DNA from: Paraspadella gotoi
Taxonomy: Eukaryota > Animalia > Chaetognatha
DNA length: 64,000 nucleotides
Direction: 5' to 3'
Assembly: GCA_051294375.1 (NCBI GenBank)
Contig: CM119263.1
Span: 11,447,130-11,511,129 of the forward strand
A model generated the notes under the pieces. It did no database searches, was not told the DNA's origin, and saw only the letters and a program-made list of their open reading frames with translations. Shown here piece by piece: positions 12,950-26,964 of this stretch; within the stretch, counting starts at the first letter, position 1, and the number at the start of each line of letters is the position of its first letter. A program made the translations under genes and the position numbers.

Positions 12950-13100
12950 GTTGGCCTTGGGGCCTCCGACCCTCAGTTGACGCATCAGTCACTGGCGCGG
13001 CCATCTCCTTTATGACGGTCTCTCTTTGCCAATCCAGAGCGAAGTCGTTAGGACTGTGGCATGGAACACTACGCCTCGGTATGTGTTCCCCTCTCGAAGC
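12950..13100 (-). mobile_element. SINE-like family fragment
   Basis: Similar to 13476-13625 and to the reverse complement of 63800-63910 (cctcagt(t)gac…gtcactggcgc, gaagtcgtta(a/g)gact). Confidence 0.65.
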
Positions 13101-13389
13101 AATGTAGTGTTCAACGATGGTGACGTGATCGGTCGTGAATTATACTCTCCCAGGTATCCCCGGACTCAAGACATCACCTAGGTTCCTCAAGCCTGAGAGG
13201 TCTGTACGAAGACTGTCACCATAGTGGGAGAGAGAGAGAGAGAGAGAGAGCGCCGAAGTTGTGGGGGCATAGGCGTGTCGTTAGCGACCCAGTGGATAGG
13301 CGTCGAGTGCTGACTCCCAAAGTTCTGGCAGCATAGGCGTTTGTCGTAGCGTACCACTGGAGAAGTTGCGTGTTCGATAGTAGGGCTTC

Positions 13390-13690
13390 ACCACTATTGG
13401 CAACAGCCGGCGTTGCCTGTGATGCCCAATTGGGATGTTTTTTTTTTTTGTTTTTTTTTATGCGGCTATATCCCAGGGCCTTGGGGGCCTTCCGTTACCT
13501 CCTCAGTGACGCATCCAGCACTGGCGCGGCCACCCTAGGGACGCGTCTCGCCTGCCTATACGCAGAGGGAAGTTGTTTAGGACTGTGCGATGGAACACTA
13601 CGCCTGGGATGGTGGTTCCCCCCTAATCTGGTTATGGATCGTTTTTTCTGAACTCGAATTGGTGGAGTGAGGCGGGTGTGAAATCACATA
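13390..13690 (-). mobile_element. SINE-like family fragment
   Basis: Shares gcaacagccgg, cctcagtgac…cactggcgc, acgcagagggaagt, tgggatggtg…ttcccc and gtgaggc…tgtgaa with the reverse complement of 63740-63935. Confidence 0.7.
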
Positions 13691-15569
13691 TATTCTCTTC
13701 TACTAATATCTTCCAGCGATTACCTCATACATTCAATCTCGATCCCTTACCTGATGGGTCCATCCCTCAATCAGACACCAGTGAGTTGCCATTATAATTT
13801 ATACTATGATATTTTACGCTAGAAGCAAAATCAATTTTTTCTCAGGATGAAAAAACACGCTTAGGTCGACTCCAAAGTGTCTTGACGCCCTGGTGCGCTA
13901 CAGAAAAATATTTCAGTCGAAGGATACCAAGTGATGCGCTGTTACTTTCGCTGATACGTCGATCGGTCAACGAAAACGTCAATCCGAAGACAGACTGTTC
14001 TCCGGGGGAGCAAACGATCTGAGACGACGACGACGATCGACAACGACGACCAATAAGCAGCAGAAACACGACCGACCTCAGACCCGATCGCCGGGCCGCC
14101 GGTCGAACACATGTTTTAATCCTGAAGAGGAGATGCTGCTAGGGAGAAGAGGGGAAATAAGTTCACAGCCGCAGCATGTCCCACATCGCAGCCGCGGCAA
14201 GAAATAGACCGAACATTCCCAGAATTCTAGCGAGAGCGAGGCCGCAGCAGGTGCCGCATTCCCAGTATCTAAAACAGCCGCACAGGAGTTCCGGTTCTTA
14301 TTCCCAATAGCAACTACTAAACACGAACTCACCCGCAGGCTGCCGCATTCTCTTATGCATCTACAACAGTCGCGGTTACTAAATCGCGTCGAACCAGGCC
14401 TCCGTTTTTGACGCCGCACCAGAATCGCCTCTCAACGCCGGAAAGATTGTTGTGAAGGTAAAATAAAGATCGAACGAATAAAATAAGACACGAACGACAC
14501 GAGTACGAACGAAGAATGAAGGAACGAACGAATACACACCCACGACACGACGACGACCTGTTCAACATGACGAAGCGTAATCTAGTTGGTGCGCAACACC
14601 TTAAAGAGTACGAACGAACGAATAATAATCTTACAACGTCGGCCCGCTAACGATACGAACGACCATGAATCATACGAAACCAAGATCGTGCTACAATTTA
14701 CTCCTATTATAATACCCAATAATAAAAACAAGACATAACTCAGTGTTTCCATTTCAGAACGCCGGCGTCGTCAAAACAGTTGCGGTCTGATCGACCGCCG
14801 GATGCACGGACCCTGAAAAACGCCGGTCCGCGGCGTAGTCGCCGACGGGTGGAAAATACGGCGCACGGAAACTTGGGACATTCGTCCGGACGACGGCGCC
14901 ATCGGATGGAATGGCTAAGAGCTGGAGGGCGCCGTCGCGTAATAAATGGCGCCGGCGATCGGGCAGTTAGAGGTGAGGACGGGCAGTGAAAAGGTGAGGG
15001 ACGCGGCAGTTAAAGGTGGGTAGTGAGCGGCAGGTAGTTTTAAAGGGTAAGGACAACGTGGAAGTAAATTTGTCTGTTAAAAATTACTTGGTATTCATTG
15101 TTTTTTAATTTTTGTTGTTGTTTGCGTTTTATGGTTGCAAATTTAATTTGTACTAAAGTTGATATATAATATTTATAGTTATATTATGTTCAACAAACAC
15201 TTTTAAAATCGGGTGAAAAATAGCGATCAATATAGTTATCCATAATACCATTAATCCCCATGCTATTAATCCAGCCATTAATCCATCAGCTTCCCCTCTA
15301 CATCGCCGCCACTCCCTCCTCCCCCACCCCCACCCTTCTCTCCCCCCGCAAGGGTCCGCCCCCCCTCGCCCTTCTCTCTCTCCTCGCCGGCGCCGTTTCT
15401 CCGCCAAAGCGGCGTCCCCGGCGCCGTGGGCGTGGGCGTCGGCCGTCACGGCGTCGGTCTCTCGTGAATCGATCCTTCCTTTTGCGCCTTTACGATTTTC
15501 CACAACACGGAAGAACACGGCGAAATTATTCGATAAAAGGGAATCGAACTGTTGAAGCATTTGAATCCG

Positions 15570-15700
15570 GGAAAAAGGTGGGCGATAATATATTATGCTA
15601 TTGTGGCGCGGTAATTCACATCCACCATCTTCAGGCCAAACCATTGCTCACTAGTGGGAAAACGCACCATCCCAGCGCTTGCCGTTCCATATCACTATAA
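15570..15700 (+). mobile_element. SINE-like family fragment at the right edge of the 3.6 kb insertion
   Basis: gcggtaattcaca…gggaaaacgcaccatcccag matches gcggtatattcaca…gggaacgcaccatcccaag at 63741-63819. Confidence 0.6.
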
Positions 15701-17266
15701 TTATTGTACCCAAAAGAGTTTTAAGATGAATGGCTGAAATTGATAATTACTAATAGAAAATAGGTAAGCTAACGTTTGAATTTCACATAATAAAAATTTA
15801 GTGGACCAGGCATATCAAAAATCAAGTGATAAAAATTGAAAAGCTTTAAATTAATATTCATTTTGTAGCCCTAAGTTTTTATACTAGATAAAGAGTCAAT
15901 ATTTGGCGTTAAGCCGTTAACCGTTAGAGAGGACAACGCCCTATGCAGAACGTCGCTGAACATTAGGGTGGAGCCGATGTAAAACAAGATTGAGTGATTG
16001 ACCATATATTTTTTTGCTGCCTATAGAATGTAATTAATAAATTTTAAAATCTTTTTATGAAATCTTCTTTTTAGGATAAAACGTATTAAGTAAATTTATA
16101 TTATTTATCGTAAGTAATACTTCCCTTAATATAAGAAATCGTTAAATTTCAAAATAATTTGTTTATTTTTAAGGAACAAGAAGTATGTGGATTCCGCCCG
16201 TAGAAAAGGAACTAAGAAACGTTTATTAAATATGGTTATACTGAATAATTTTAAATGTTTGGACATGCATTTTATAAGAGTTTCTACTACAGGAGAATGA
16301 AGAAAAGTCGAAAAATTTTATTTATTTTTTCAGACCGACCGTTTTTAAACCGCTGAAGATAAACAGAATATTTATTGAGTAAGCATGTATTATATATTTT
16401 TGGATCAGCTTTGTTATGAAGAATCTGAATCTGTTAATAAAAGTTTTAATTTACTATTCTGTATAAGAATATTTACTACCAAATACTATTAATATATTCT
16501 CTATCTCGATTACTGTTCCCTCGAGAAACAATATGAAAGCAAAATATTTTATGTAAGCTATAATTATTTATTACTATCATCAAAATTTTATTTTTTATTG
16601 TTGCTGCATGGAGTGCTCCACTACTACTGAACATGAATAATTCTATCGATCCTTGTCGATAATCGTCGAAATGGTTTCTTCCGCGAAAATCGGTGGTCGA
16701 TTATTAACGTGCGTCTCAGTCATCGTCTTAATACCTCACCATAAACTCTCTGCATGTTAATTCTTCTCCCGTCGGGAACCTTACGGCCTTCGCCTGGGAA
16801 TATTGGTGCAGGAGAAGGCGAATGTCATGCAGCACTGTTTGACGTCTAGCAGTACCGTCTAAATGGTGTCATCGTTATCTGAAAGGTCCAGCTGCGTTCG
16901 TCGACGAACGTTGTCCCAAAGTTGTCGTTGAAGTCGTCATCTGGTCGTCGTCGTCGTCGTCCTGGTGCGTTGACGTCGTCGAAATAGACAAACAGGTGAG
17001 CGGCTCGTCTTCTGGCTGGTGACAGAAACGAAATGACTTTTGTGATGAACGACCAAGATTAAAAGAAAAGTCGAAAAAAAAAAAGAAAAAATTCCGAAGA
17101 AAGGAGGAAAAAAAAAGAAAGGAATTTAATTTGAAAATCCTGGCCGACGACTTTTTTTTAATAAAAGAATCGTCCTCTTTTTCTTTTTTGTGTCGTGGCG
17201 AGAGTGTGTGGTGTGTGGGCAGAGTCGGAGAACATGACTCCAGGAGAGAGAGAGAGAGAGAGAGGA

Positions 17267-17336
<70 letters not shown>

Positions 17337-17634
17337 ATATGACGGTCCGGTGTGACATTTTGCTATTTTTTTTTCATTTCACAAACGACGACAGCTTTTT
17401 TCTTGAGAATTTTTGAGAAAACTTTTAAAAAAAAAGATCATACTCTTTGGAAATCCGAAAGCTGAAAAGCGGAAGTAGAGCGAAAGTGAATGAAAATCTG
17501 ATTTTTATAAAAAAGAAAAAAACAAACTGAATATTGAGAATAAAGGTAGTTTAATCGTGTTCCGGTTGCGGAAAAGAAAGAAAGAATGTAGAGGAGAGAG
17601 AGAGAGAGGAGGAGAGAGAGAGAGAGAGAGAGAC

Positions 17635-17665
<31 letters not shown>

Positions 17666-17938
17666 CGAGATTTGCGCGTACCGACCTTATTTTCAGATTC
17701 ACGACGGTCAAGGCCATAAAAGATCTTAAAAAGACACCAGATTGAACTTGTCTGCGAAGATAGGTAAGCGCCTCGCGCCTATGCGGTGCCGTAGGAAAGT
17801 TGGTTCCGCCTTGTAAAAGTCAGAGAGGGAAGTTCTTCGGTTGTCGTCGTTACATAAAGCAAGAGAGACAGCGAAGCGGCGCTGACGGCGGCAGAAGAGG
17901 AACGCGTGGGTGACGTTATTAAGGCGTGGTCGCGCGAA

Positions 17939-18112
17939 NNNNNNNNNNNNNNNNNNNNNNNNNNNNNNNNNNNNNNNNNNNNNNNNNNNNNNNNNNNNNN
18001 NNNNNNNNNNNNNNNNNNNNNNNNNNNNNNNNNNNNNNNNNNNNNNNNNNNNNNNNNNNNNNNNNNNNNNNNNNNNNNNNNNNNNNNNNNNNNNNNNNNN
18101 NNNNNNNNNNNN
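17939..18112. other. Assembly gap (174 N); other gaps at 31788-31812 (25 N), 35202-35211 (10 N), 41032-41056 (25 N), 45689-45712 (24 N)
   Basis: Runs of N in the sequence. Confidence 1.
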
Positions 18113-19247
18113 TGTTTACAATTGTTTTCATTATGGGAAAGTTTTTTTTCCTTTGATACCTTTTTAAAAGAAAAAAAAATTAGGACCGAGGAATATTTCT
18201 AAACGTCTCTGCCCTTTTTTCTGTTTCGTTCAAAAAATCTTAAATTGAGGTTCGAGACGTTTTGATCTGAATTCTTTGTGACCGAATGACTTCACTCGAT
18301 TTCCCTGTTTCTCGGGATTTGCGTGACATCGTATTTCTGGCCGCAAACTAATTCCCTTGTTCGATCGCGTGTCTCGACGTTCGAGGGTAAGAATTTAGCT
18401 TGGTAAGGCTGTTCGCTGGGTAAGGTTGAGCGCCTGGAAAGTCTACTCTCCGCGTGACCGTTCTCTCTCGAGGCCAGACTTTCACTATCGTCTTCCTAGA
18501 GCGTGAGTAACATCCCTAAAATAACTAACATCCCGAATGGTTAAAAAAAAATTATGTATAACCTCAGCTCCTCCAAAAACTATCCATTCCCACTCCTTTC
18601 TGTTAGGATTTTTACATATTATAAGATTCGGACTTCCAAATAGGCATGCTGTACGATATCTATTTAGTGAAAACGAAAGTCTTTTCGCTATGAGAATGAG
18701 AGTCAAATTTTTTAAAATTTTGCTCTTTCTTTTTCCAAAAAGTAACACTAACATCCCCCTGGAATTTTTAGATTCTGATAGATAATTAAAAATAGAAAAA
18801 AAATTAATAGAAAATATAATTAAAATGAATAAAACCTTATATATCAAATATAATGAATTTATAACTATGCTTTACTAAATATTCAATATTTAAAAAATAT
18901 TTGAAAAAAACAATAGTTTAGCGGTACCTATCGCAATGCTTAATGAACAAAATTCATATGAATAAATATAGTTCTCTAAAATGATTATTACTATTATTAT
19001 TCAAAATTCAAAATTCAAATAAACATTGTATTTGAAACAGATGAAGTTTAAAACGCGATATCTAAACTGCCTTTTTGTTATAAAAACCTTTTTATTCGAA
19101 TTTTTTGCATTTGTATGCGCTAGTCGTCGATTTCTCTAAACAAATCCTGTGGCTGAGAACAAATGATCATCGAGATATTTGTGTTTAGTGTCGAAATATA
19201 GATTAATTTAATACAAGCATTATATAAAATGTTGATAAATATCAAAA

Positions 19248-22200
19248 GCGACTCTCCCCTTCCCCTTTCTTTACATCGTCACCCAAATTGACTTACTTTT
19301 TCGTTGATTCTCGAGATTAGAACGAATAAGCGATATTAGACATTTTTTTGGTTAAAAAGAAAAGATTTTACGAACGACGTACTCTTCCCCGTCAAATTTC
19401 CTCATCCGTTCTTTATTTTTTTTTTGTGTTGAAACTTTTTATAATTTTTTTTCCTTTTACAATTTTTCGATTTCTTTTATTTTTCTTTCTGCGATCGCTA
19501 ATCTACATAAAAGAAGGCCCGGAGAGATAAATTGTTCACTATTCAACACTATCTCAAATTGTGATATACCCGCCCGACCTTTCAATACACTGCTCAATGA
19601 AACCAGTTTAAAAGTATTGGGTAGTTTCACTTAATTTCATGAAGTGTGTTCCTGATATGATATATTGGTTTTTATCTATAATTATTTCGCTCTGGGAATG
19701 ATATGTTGATCACTCCATAGACCTACCTACATTTAATTCTTCTCAGTGAGCGACAGCGGCTGTACTACGTCCGACATATTCTAACTACTCCTCGCTGTAC
19801 AACAGACCGCGCTGCTGAGCCCGCCAGCAGCGCACGAGCGCACCTCTCTGACGCACAGTCGACGTCGAGCTATACCTGATTCGCGCGCTCGTCATGCTGA
19901 TCCTCCCACGATCGACTGACTGATACTCATTGATATCGATTCCGATCGTTGCTGGCTGCTCTGAGATCGGTTCATCTAAGAGTCGTGTCAAGCGCCGTAC
20001 TCGAATTCTTCTGTCATTCTCTGTTCTTGAGATTGGTCGCCTGTGTCGTGACCGAGCAGTACTTGTTCGCAAGAAAGGCGTCGAGAGCGCCGGTTTTGAA
20101 TGTCATGCTCGAGCGCCTGATGGTCGGCTATCGGTCTCGGCGTCTGCTCGTCCGTCTCGACCTCTGCGCCTGACACTAGATTGTGATGGCTGCTCTAGAC
20201 TCGCTCTGTGCTAGATATTTTCGATATTTAATTCGAGTTCCTTCTATTCTTTCTCTCCAGCTTGCTGTACGATTGGAGCTCTGTCGCGCAGAATTCACTC
20301 TCGGTGCAAGTAATCTGGTAGTACTCGGCGTGCTGCAACCGTATTATTCGATCAGTTAACGAGTCCATGCAATCGTCAGATCTATGTTTCAAGAGCCGAA
20401 AAAGATTCACAGACAAGAATAGATGAGAGCGCTCTCTAACAGTGGCGAGAGTAGAATTAGATCTCCATCGTCTCGCTCATTGCTGACGTATCGTAATTTA
20501 ATAACATCGGTTACCAGTTTTTATATAGTATTTTCATAATATATCGCATCTTTGATAGTATAAATAATTTCGTCATAACCAAATCTGTACGTCTGATAAC
20601 TTGAAAAAAGAATATAATTTGTCCTATAAAATTTCTTAGAGACTCATTTAAATATTTGATTTTAATTTATTAATAACTATTTCTTAAATATATAAAGATA
20701 ATATCGAGAAATGATACAAAGAAAAAGAAAAAAGACATTAGAACAGTAACACTACAAGTAATACGAGAACAGACAAGACAACGACCTATCCTATCAAAAT
20801 AATACAACAATTTGACAACACAGTAATGAAATGATGATCGCACAAAATAACCACGAAGATAGAAAATAGCATTGTCCATTACTCAATCTATTCGTTTAAT
20901 ACAAAGAAAGTCGAACACCGAATCGTTTTCCCCCTTTTAAATGTGCGAAATACCTTCGACATCCTAAGAGGAGATTAAGAGGACCTCTCACGACGAGACC
21001 CACCTTCTCATTCAAAACTCGAGCTTTACGATCTCATCGAAGTCTGAAATTGAAAACAGATTTGGCGGGAATTCCCTCTCGTGTTCTTCAACAAAAGATA
21101 TCGATCTTTCCAATATGTTCTGCCACCTTTCCCTTCAATTTTCCGTACCCCCATTCTGCGATGGCATTTTGATATATATCGAGATTATAGTTATATATTT
21201 AGATTGTATATTTTCATGTGTGTATAAATAATAAATTCTCCAAGGTACCTAGACGATAGCGACTCGAATTTATCATTCGGCGTATTTGCAGTCTGCCGAA
21301 TTCAGTAATTCTCCCATAACGCATAGCCGTAGCAAGATGCACATCTGAAGCTAGTGTTATATCCATCTTGCGGTCGTCTACAATTCTCAACCCCAATCAG
21401 AGTCGTGACGATAACTTGTGACAATCAGGAGCGTACGTAGACATGAGAGTGAGAGATTAGAGTGGAAAGACATAATGTATGATTAAAGATACTAATTATT
21501 GCTGCAGTAGAAAAGATAAATGTGCTAAATAGGATACGTACATGCGGAATCTAATTATTTAGTCTGATCAAGAAAATCTCACTTCGTCTAATTATCTGAA
21601 GTTACGATTCGTAGAATTATAGATATATTATATATATACTTTACTTCTCTCTCTCTGAATCCTATACTCAATCTCAAATGTCCATATAGAAGCTAATATA
21701 GATGGTTCATCTAAATCATGCATGTGACTCTATTTGCCGTTATATATATATCTTATTCTTTTTCGTTATATTTTTCAATAAATAGACAGCTATAAAAAGA
21801 GGAGAGTGTCCATACTGAAGATAAAGGATGGGGAGAAGAAAAGTATTGGGCTGAGAGGAGGAAAAGGAGAGTGTAGAGGCGGAACGAAAAGAGAGGAATG
21901 AGGAATCGGTGAGTAAATGGAGAAGTGGGTAGAGAGAATGAGTGCGAACAAAAAGTGAACGGAAAGAGGGAACAAAAGATGCGGGAAAGAAGGTGGGAGC
22001 AGAGAGATAGAGAAAGAGAGAGATGAGAGAGCAGAGAGGAGAGAGAATCTGTGATGAGAGAGAAAAAAAAAAGGTGGAAGAGTGAGAGAAGGAGCAGATA
22101 GTTCGGGCCAGTCCAATCCACTTTTTCAGTCGCAGAAGTAAGAAAGAAATAGTCCCACGACTATATGAGCACGCGCAGAAGATGGCATTCTTATCAATTT

Positions 22201-25200
22201 GATAGTCCACGGCAATTTCTCGTTCGTTCTTATTTAAAGACACGTGTTTAAGAGATATTATTCCGGTCCACATGAACCTATGAGCAATTTGATTTGAACG
22301 TAATTGTAGAAAAAGGAGGTGACTATTATCAGTCGAGATGTTTTGTTAAGTGTCGTGAGGTCCTGATCAGGTTCAGAGATAAATTTTCTAACCAGTTGTA
22401 TCTTATTCAAAAATGAAGAATAAACAATACACGATAAAAGCAACTTCAAAGGATCAATCCAGGACACAAACAGAATAATAGATTGCTGCTGATCTCCTCC
22501 TAAAAAATCGTCCTTATTAAAACAGAATAGAATGAGGCTAAGTTACACCCACAAAAGACAACTCACCCGACCGCATCTTAAAACGAAATAACCAAAAATA
22601 TACGAAGTATATATATTATTAGATAAAATCTCTCCTTAAAATCTTAATAATTAGATCAAACAAAATTTACAACTTCGTTCATACTAATATTTATCATATT
22701 GTTTATTTTATTAAAGACTTAAGAGTTCTTCTGAGACAACACGAGTCATAAAAAAACAAAGAGAAAATAGAGAACTATGTCTTCAACCACAGCAGTGGCG
22801 AAATCTCGCCCACCAGGACGTCATACAGCCCTGCTGCTCCATACGACGAACCCTCCCCCTTCGCATAATCCCCCGTACCCTCCTCGTCCCACATGCTTGC
22901 TTTCTCCTCGCATTCCCGCTCTCCGCTGCTCTTTCTCTCCCCTGCCGGGACCGCCGTCTGTTTCTCCCCTCCGCCGGACGCCTTCAGGTGGCGCCTATGC
23001 TTCCGACCGAAACGGTTATCTCGATGGAAGATGAGAGGTCTTTTACTTGTTTTGTGTACGACATACATTACTATATAATGTCTGGAACGGCTGGAGTCCC
23101 TGGAGTGTCATTATGTTTATGAACATTGGGTACAACCACCAAAATCATTATTAATTTATTATTATTCTTATTCATTAAGTCTATATTTCTTTTCCATGTC
23201 ATCATAAATACTAGTTAAATTTACTTCTCGACTCCTAAAATTGATAAACCAAACATAATTGTGTTTCCCAAAGTACGATTTTGACCGAACAGAGATGGAA
23301 CATATAGCCCAGTAATACCCGATCAATTTAAAGACGATCCCAACCCCAAGTTTACCAACGTCGCCCGACTAGGCCCCCCAAGTGACAGTCAGCGAATGCC
23401 AACGCGCATCTGACCGTTGCTGTTCTGCAAACTCTACCCTCCGTGCTCACCAGCCAAATCCCTCTCCCATCCTCATCTTTCGCTTTATCTAGCTTTCCGT
23501 CCGCTCACCGTAAATTTTTTCTCTCCTTCCCAAACCTTCAGGCCGCGTGAGACATTTATTTCTGTTGGACGTTAGCTTTCCCTCCTTTTCGATAGTTTCC
23601 AAGGTGTTACGAAACCGATTTTCAAATCTCTTTTTCTACAACCAGCAGACGATCGCGCAAGAGTCTTTAGACCGTTCATCGTTTGTTATCGCATTTAGAT
23701 AAAATCCTGCCACCAAACACACCACAACCTGCGCCCCGCCTCCCCCACATTAGAACACCAGACACTCAAACATCGAGGAACTTCCCCACGCACCTTACCG
23801 ACCACGAGAGAGCGAAGGAGCAGAAGAGGAATCGACGGTCGGGGTGGACAGGGAGGCGCCGCGCCCTTACGTCGCTTCGCCAAGGTTTGAACGTGAACGG
23901 CGTTTCGCTTCCGGTGTGCATATATCCCGTCGCCGTGTGCGCGTAGGTGGAGATACCAGCCACTCCGGAAAGGGGAAAGCGGATCTTCGTCCTCCACACG
24001 ATCGAACCCATGTTGCACCTCCTGAACGGATATGGAAGCAAAAAAATTTATGAAAGTATTATTCAATATTTCATTTGTGTAATGTGTATTTTGACTGTTT
24101 ACTTGTATATGTTTATCTCTTATTATGATTTTTTTAAAACGTTTTTAAGGTTTTTAGGTGACCTATGAATGTGTACATTTTATTATTTACTCATAACACT
24201 AAAAATATGACCTGAATGTTCTCGTGATGCCTCTCCCCTCCTCTCGAGGTTCGTCGAAGCTTCTATTCATCGCCAAAAATTTCTAGCAAATGCAACAATT
24301 CTCGTTTAAGAATTTACGTGGGCGAAGTGTGATTTTCGGCGGGCGGCTTAGCGTCAATGAGGCCTACAAATCATCGTAGATCAGAGCGATGACAAGCAAG
24401 CTTTGGCCAGAACGAACCCTTAAAGAAATTGAATAAATGATACGACCCCGGAACACGGTACCCAAAGTGTTATCCTCCAATTAGCCCAGACTGGTATATC
24501 CCGACAATATTGGGTCCGGGACAATAGCCCATGGAATTTTGGCAACCCATGCGAGGCAACATCAAATAACCGGAGTATAAATAAACTCAAGTAAATAAAA
24601 GTAATATGTATAAACTATTTTTTGGTTTCCTGTACACACCAGGTGCCTGATTCGCTACCGTATGCGGCATGTGCCTTACCTCATTTTGGGCCACAATATA
24701 TCTACATTATGTTTTCTTGTAGATTGTTTTTTCTCTAGAACCCAAAGTTTGTAAAATATTGTTGCTTGACCTCCGTTTCAATTTTTTACATTTTTTTGCT
24801 CGCCTTATTTTATTATTTATCCTTGGCTGACAATAAAATCGACTACTATTTTGGCTTTCATGTCTGACAAGTAGTTAATCTACTGTTTCATCTGTTTATA
24901 TATTTATAATTTTATTACTTGGCTCCCTCTCTCTTTGAAGAGATTGGCTTTTTTTAGACCGTCTGGTATCCCCTATACTCTTTTCATACTTAAAGTTGTT
25001 CGAAAGGAAGTCATGCACCCCCCCTAATGTTTATTCGGATCATCTATTAACAGACCCTTTCCGCTCTCTCGAAAAAAGGCCTCTTCCGAAGGATCTGTTG
25101 TGAAAAGCGTGTTTATGAATTGAAACACCGAGTAAGCTAAGTGTGATGAATTTTCGCAAAAGTACGTCCCGTTCATTCTTGGCAACGACAGAAAGAAGGA

Positions 25201-26915
25201 GATCCCTAACTATACTGTTGGAGAGAAGGGGCGAGGGAAAAGTTGGAACCCATTCGCCGGTTTTTTATTTGTAGTATCATTCGACCATAAATTTAGTACG
25301 TACTTATATCTATTTTTTGTTTAAATAATAACGAGTTACTTTTACTTTCTTTATAAATATTAGTACAATAACATGTAAAATTTGAGTATTAAATTTGTAG
25401 CCATTACATATTATCAGAAATCCAGCTACCATAAAACCCAAAACCAAAAGTTGTTCCACCTTTTACTTGGCCGGGTCCGTTAGGAGCGTGCCAATCTTTT
25501 ATGACCGAAGCAACTCGAAACCGCAAAATCTTCTAAGTTTTTTTATAATAAATGGTAGTTCGACCAATATAACATAAAACAATGTAAACAAACTGGTTGG
25601 CATTTGATTTGAAAAACGGATTTGCGACAAAAAAGCTCTCTGATGCTGTGCATTATCCACAGGAACCAAAGCACAACTTGATAAGAAAACAATTCTCCAC
25701 TTTCTCTTACCTAGGCAGCGTTGGAACAGGGTTGGTAAGGTTGACAATTTTTCCCGTCGTCGTCGTCGTCGTCGTACGGTTCGCTGAGTCCACTGACGTC
25801 GCTTTCTTCGTTTCGTCGCCGTCGCGTCAGAATGGTAGCCAGAATTTTTTTGCTTTTATCCCCGTCGCTTATGTTGTTGTTGTTTGTCGACAGTTTTTTC
25901 CGTCTTTTTCTCCCCGGCCGGAATGACGCTCGATCCTTGAGGCGCTTCCCGCGTTGATGAAGCGCCGGGGGCGACGACGCCGTCTGGGCCGCCTGGGAGA
26001 GTTTGATCGTTCTTCGAAGGGCGTCTTCTCGGGAGACCTCGGCGGGGGCGAAGAGGAGGGGAGAGGGATGGGTGCCGTCAGCGGGGGTAGGGAGACGCCG
26101 ACCGAAACATGGCACCCGAGTGGTGGACGTCCAGCACTTTGGGTCCACCGTCGAGCCGGGTTCTTAGGCAGTCGTTGGCGGGGAGAGTTGAGAAATTTGT
26201 CACGCAGCCGCCGCTCGCCGTCCGACTTATTGCCTCACGAAGGGAACGCCATACCCGGTTCCGTCGCCGAGAGGAACGGCCCCTTGGCGCGGCGAGGAAA
26301 CGTCGGTGTCGCGGCGAAGAAGGAGAGCGAGTCGGCGTCGAGAGAGCAAACAGTGGGAGAGGCGGCGCCGTTATCGAAACCGGCGGCCCAATGACGCCCG
26401 GGACTTGGACGCCGGGGCGAAAACGCCCCCGTGCTGCGAATGAAAGACAAAGTCTATTTTTCTCTTGTTTTTTGATGTGGCAGGATTATCTAAAAGAAAC
26501 AATTATAAATCTTTATGACGAAATTGAATTTGACATAAATTTTATGGATTGATATCAATATTTATAATTGTATTAGTTTGTTGGTTTTTTTTTGTTTTTT
26601 TTTTTCTTGGTTAAAGAAATTTATTCGAGAGTTTAATGGGTGACCGTTTAATTCAGATGTGGTTAGTTTTACTAGATTTATAATTATATATCTTATACTA
26701 CTTAATAGAAAAGAATGAAATATTTAAACGGTAATAGACCCCAACAACAAAATGATATAATCCTTTTAAATTGAAAAAATGCATTGTGAACGAAAAAATA
26801 AACTTAAAGTTTTTAAAACCGATGCCGGAAATTGAAAAAAGAACTTCTCTTGCTAACTGCGGTTTTTATTGCACGAAAAAGGATGGAAAACGCTCTCTCT
26901 CTCTCTCCTCTCTCT

Positions 26916-26964
<49 letters not shown>

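Larger units (their letters stand above)
12062..15710. mobile_element. ~3.6 kb segment present only in duplication copy 1 (insertion or indel polymorphism)
   Basis: Copy 2 runs from ggttgtcctt (28371-28380) to caaaaagagtttttaag (~28406) within ~30 bp. In copy 1 the same anchors lie at ~12053 and ~15710. Confidence 0.7.

Noticed and set aside
19785-26552. ORFs in the duplicated block suggesting a paralogue or pseudogene
   Set aside because: The region is an indel-rich, partly forward/reverse mosaic copy of 5-12 kb, best explained as a consensus error.
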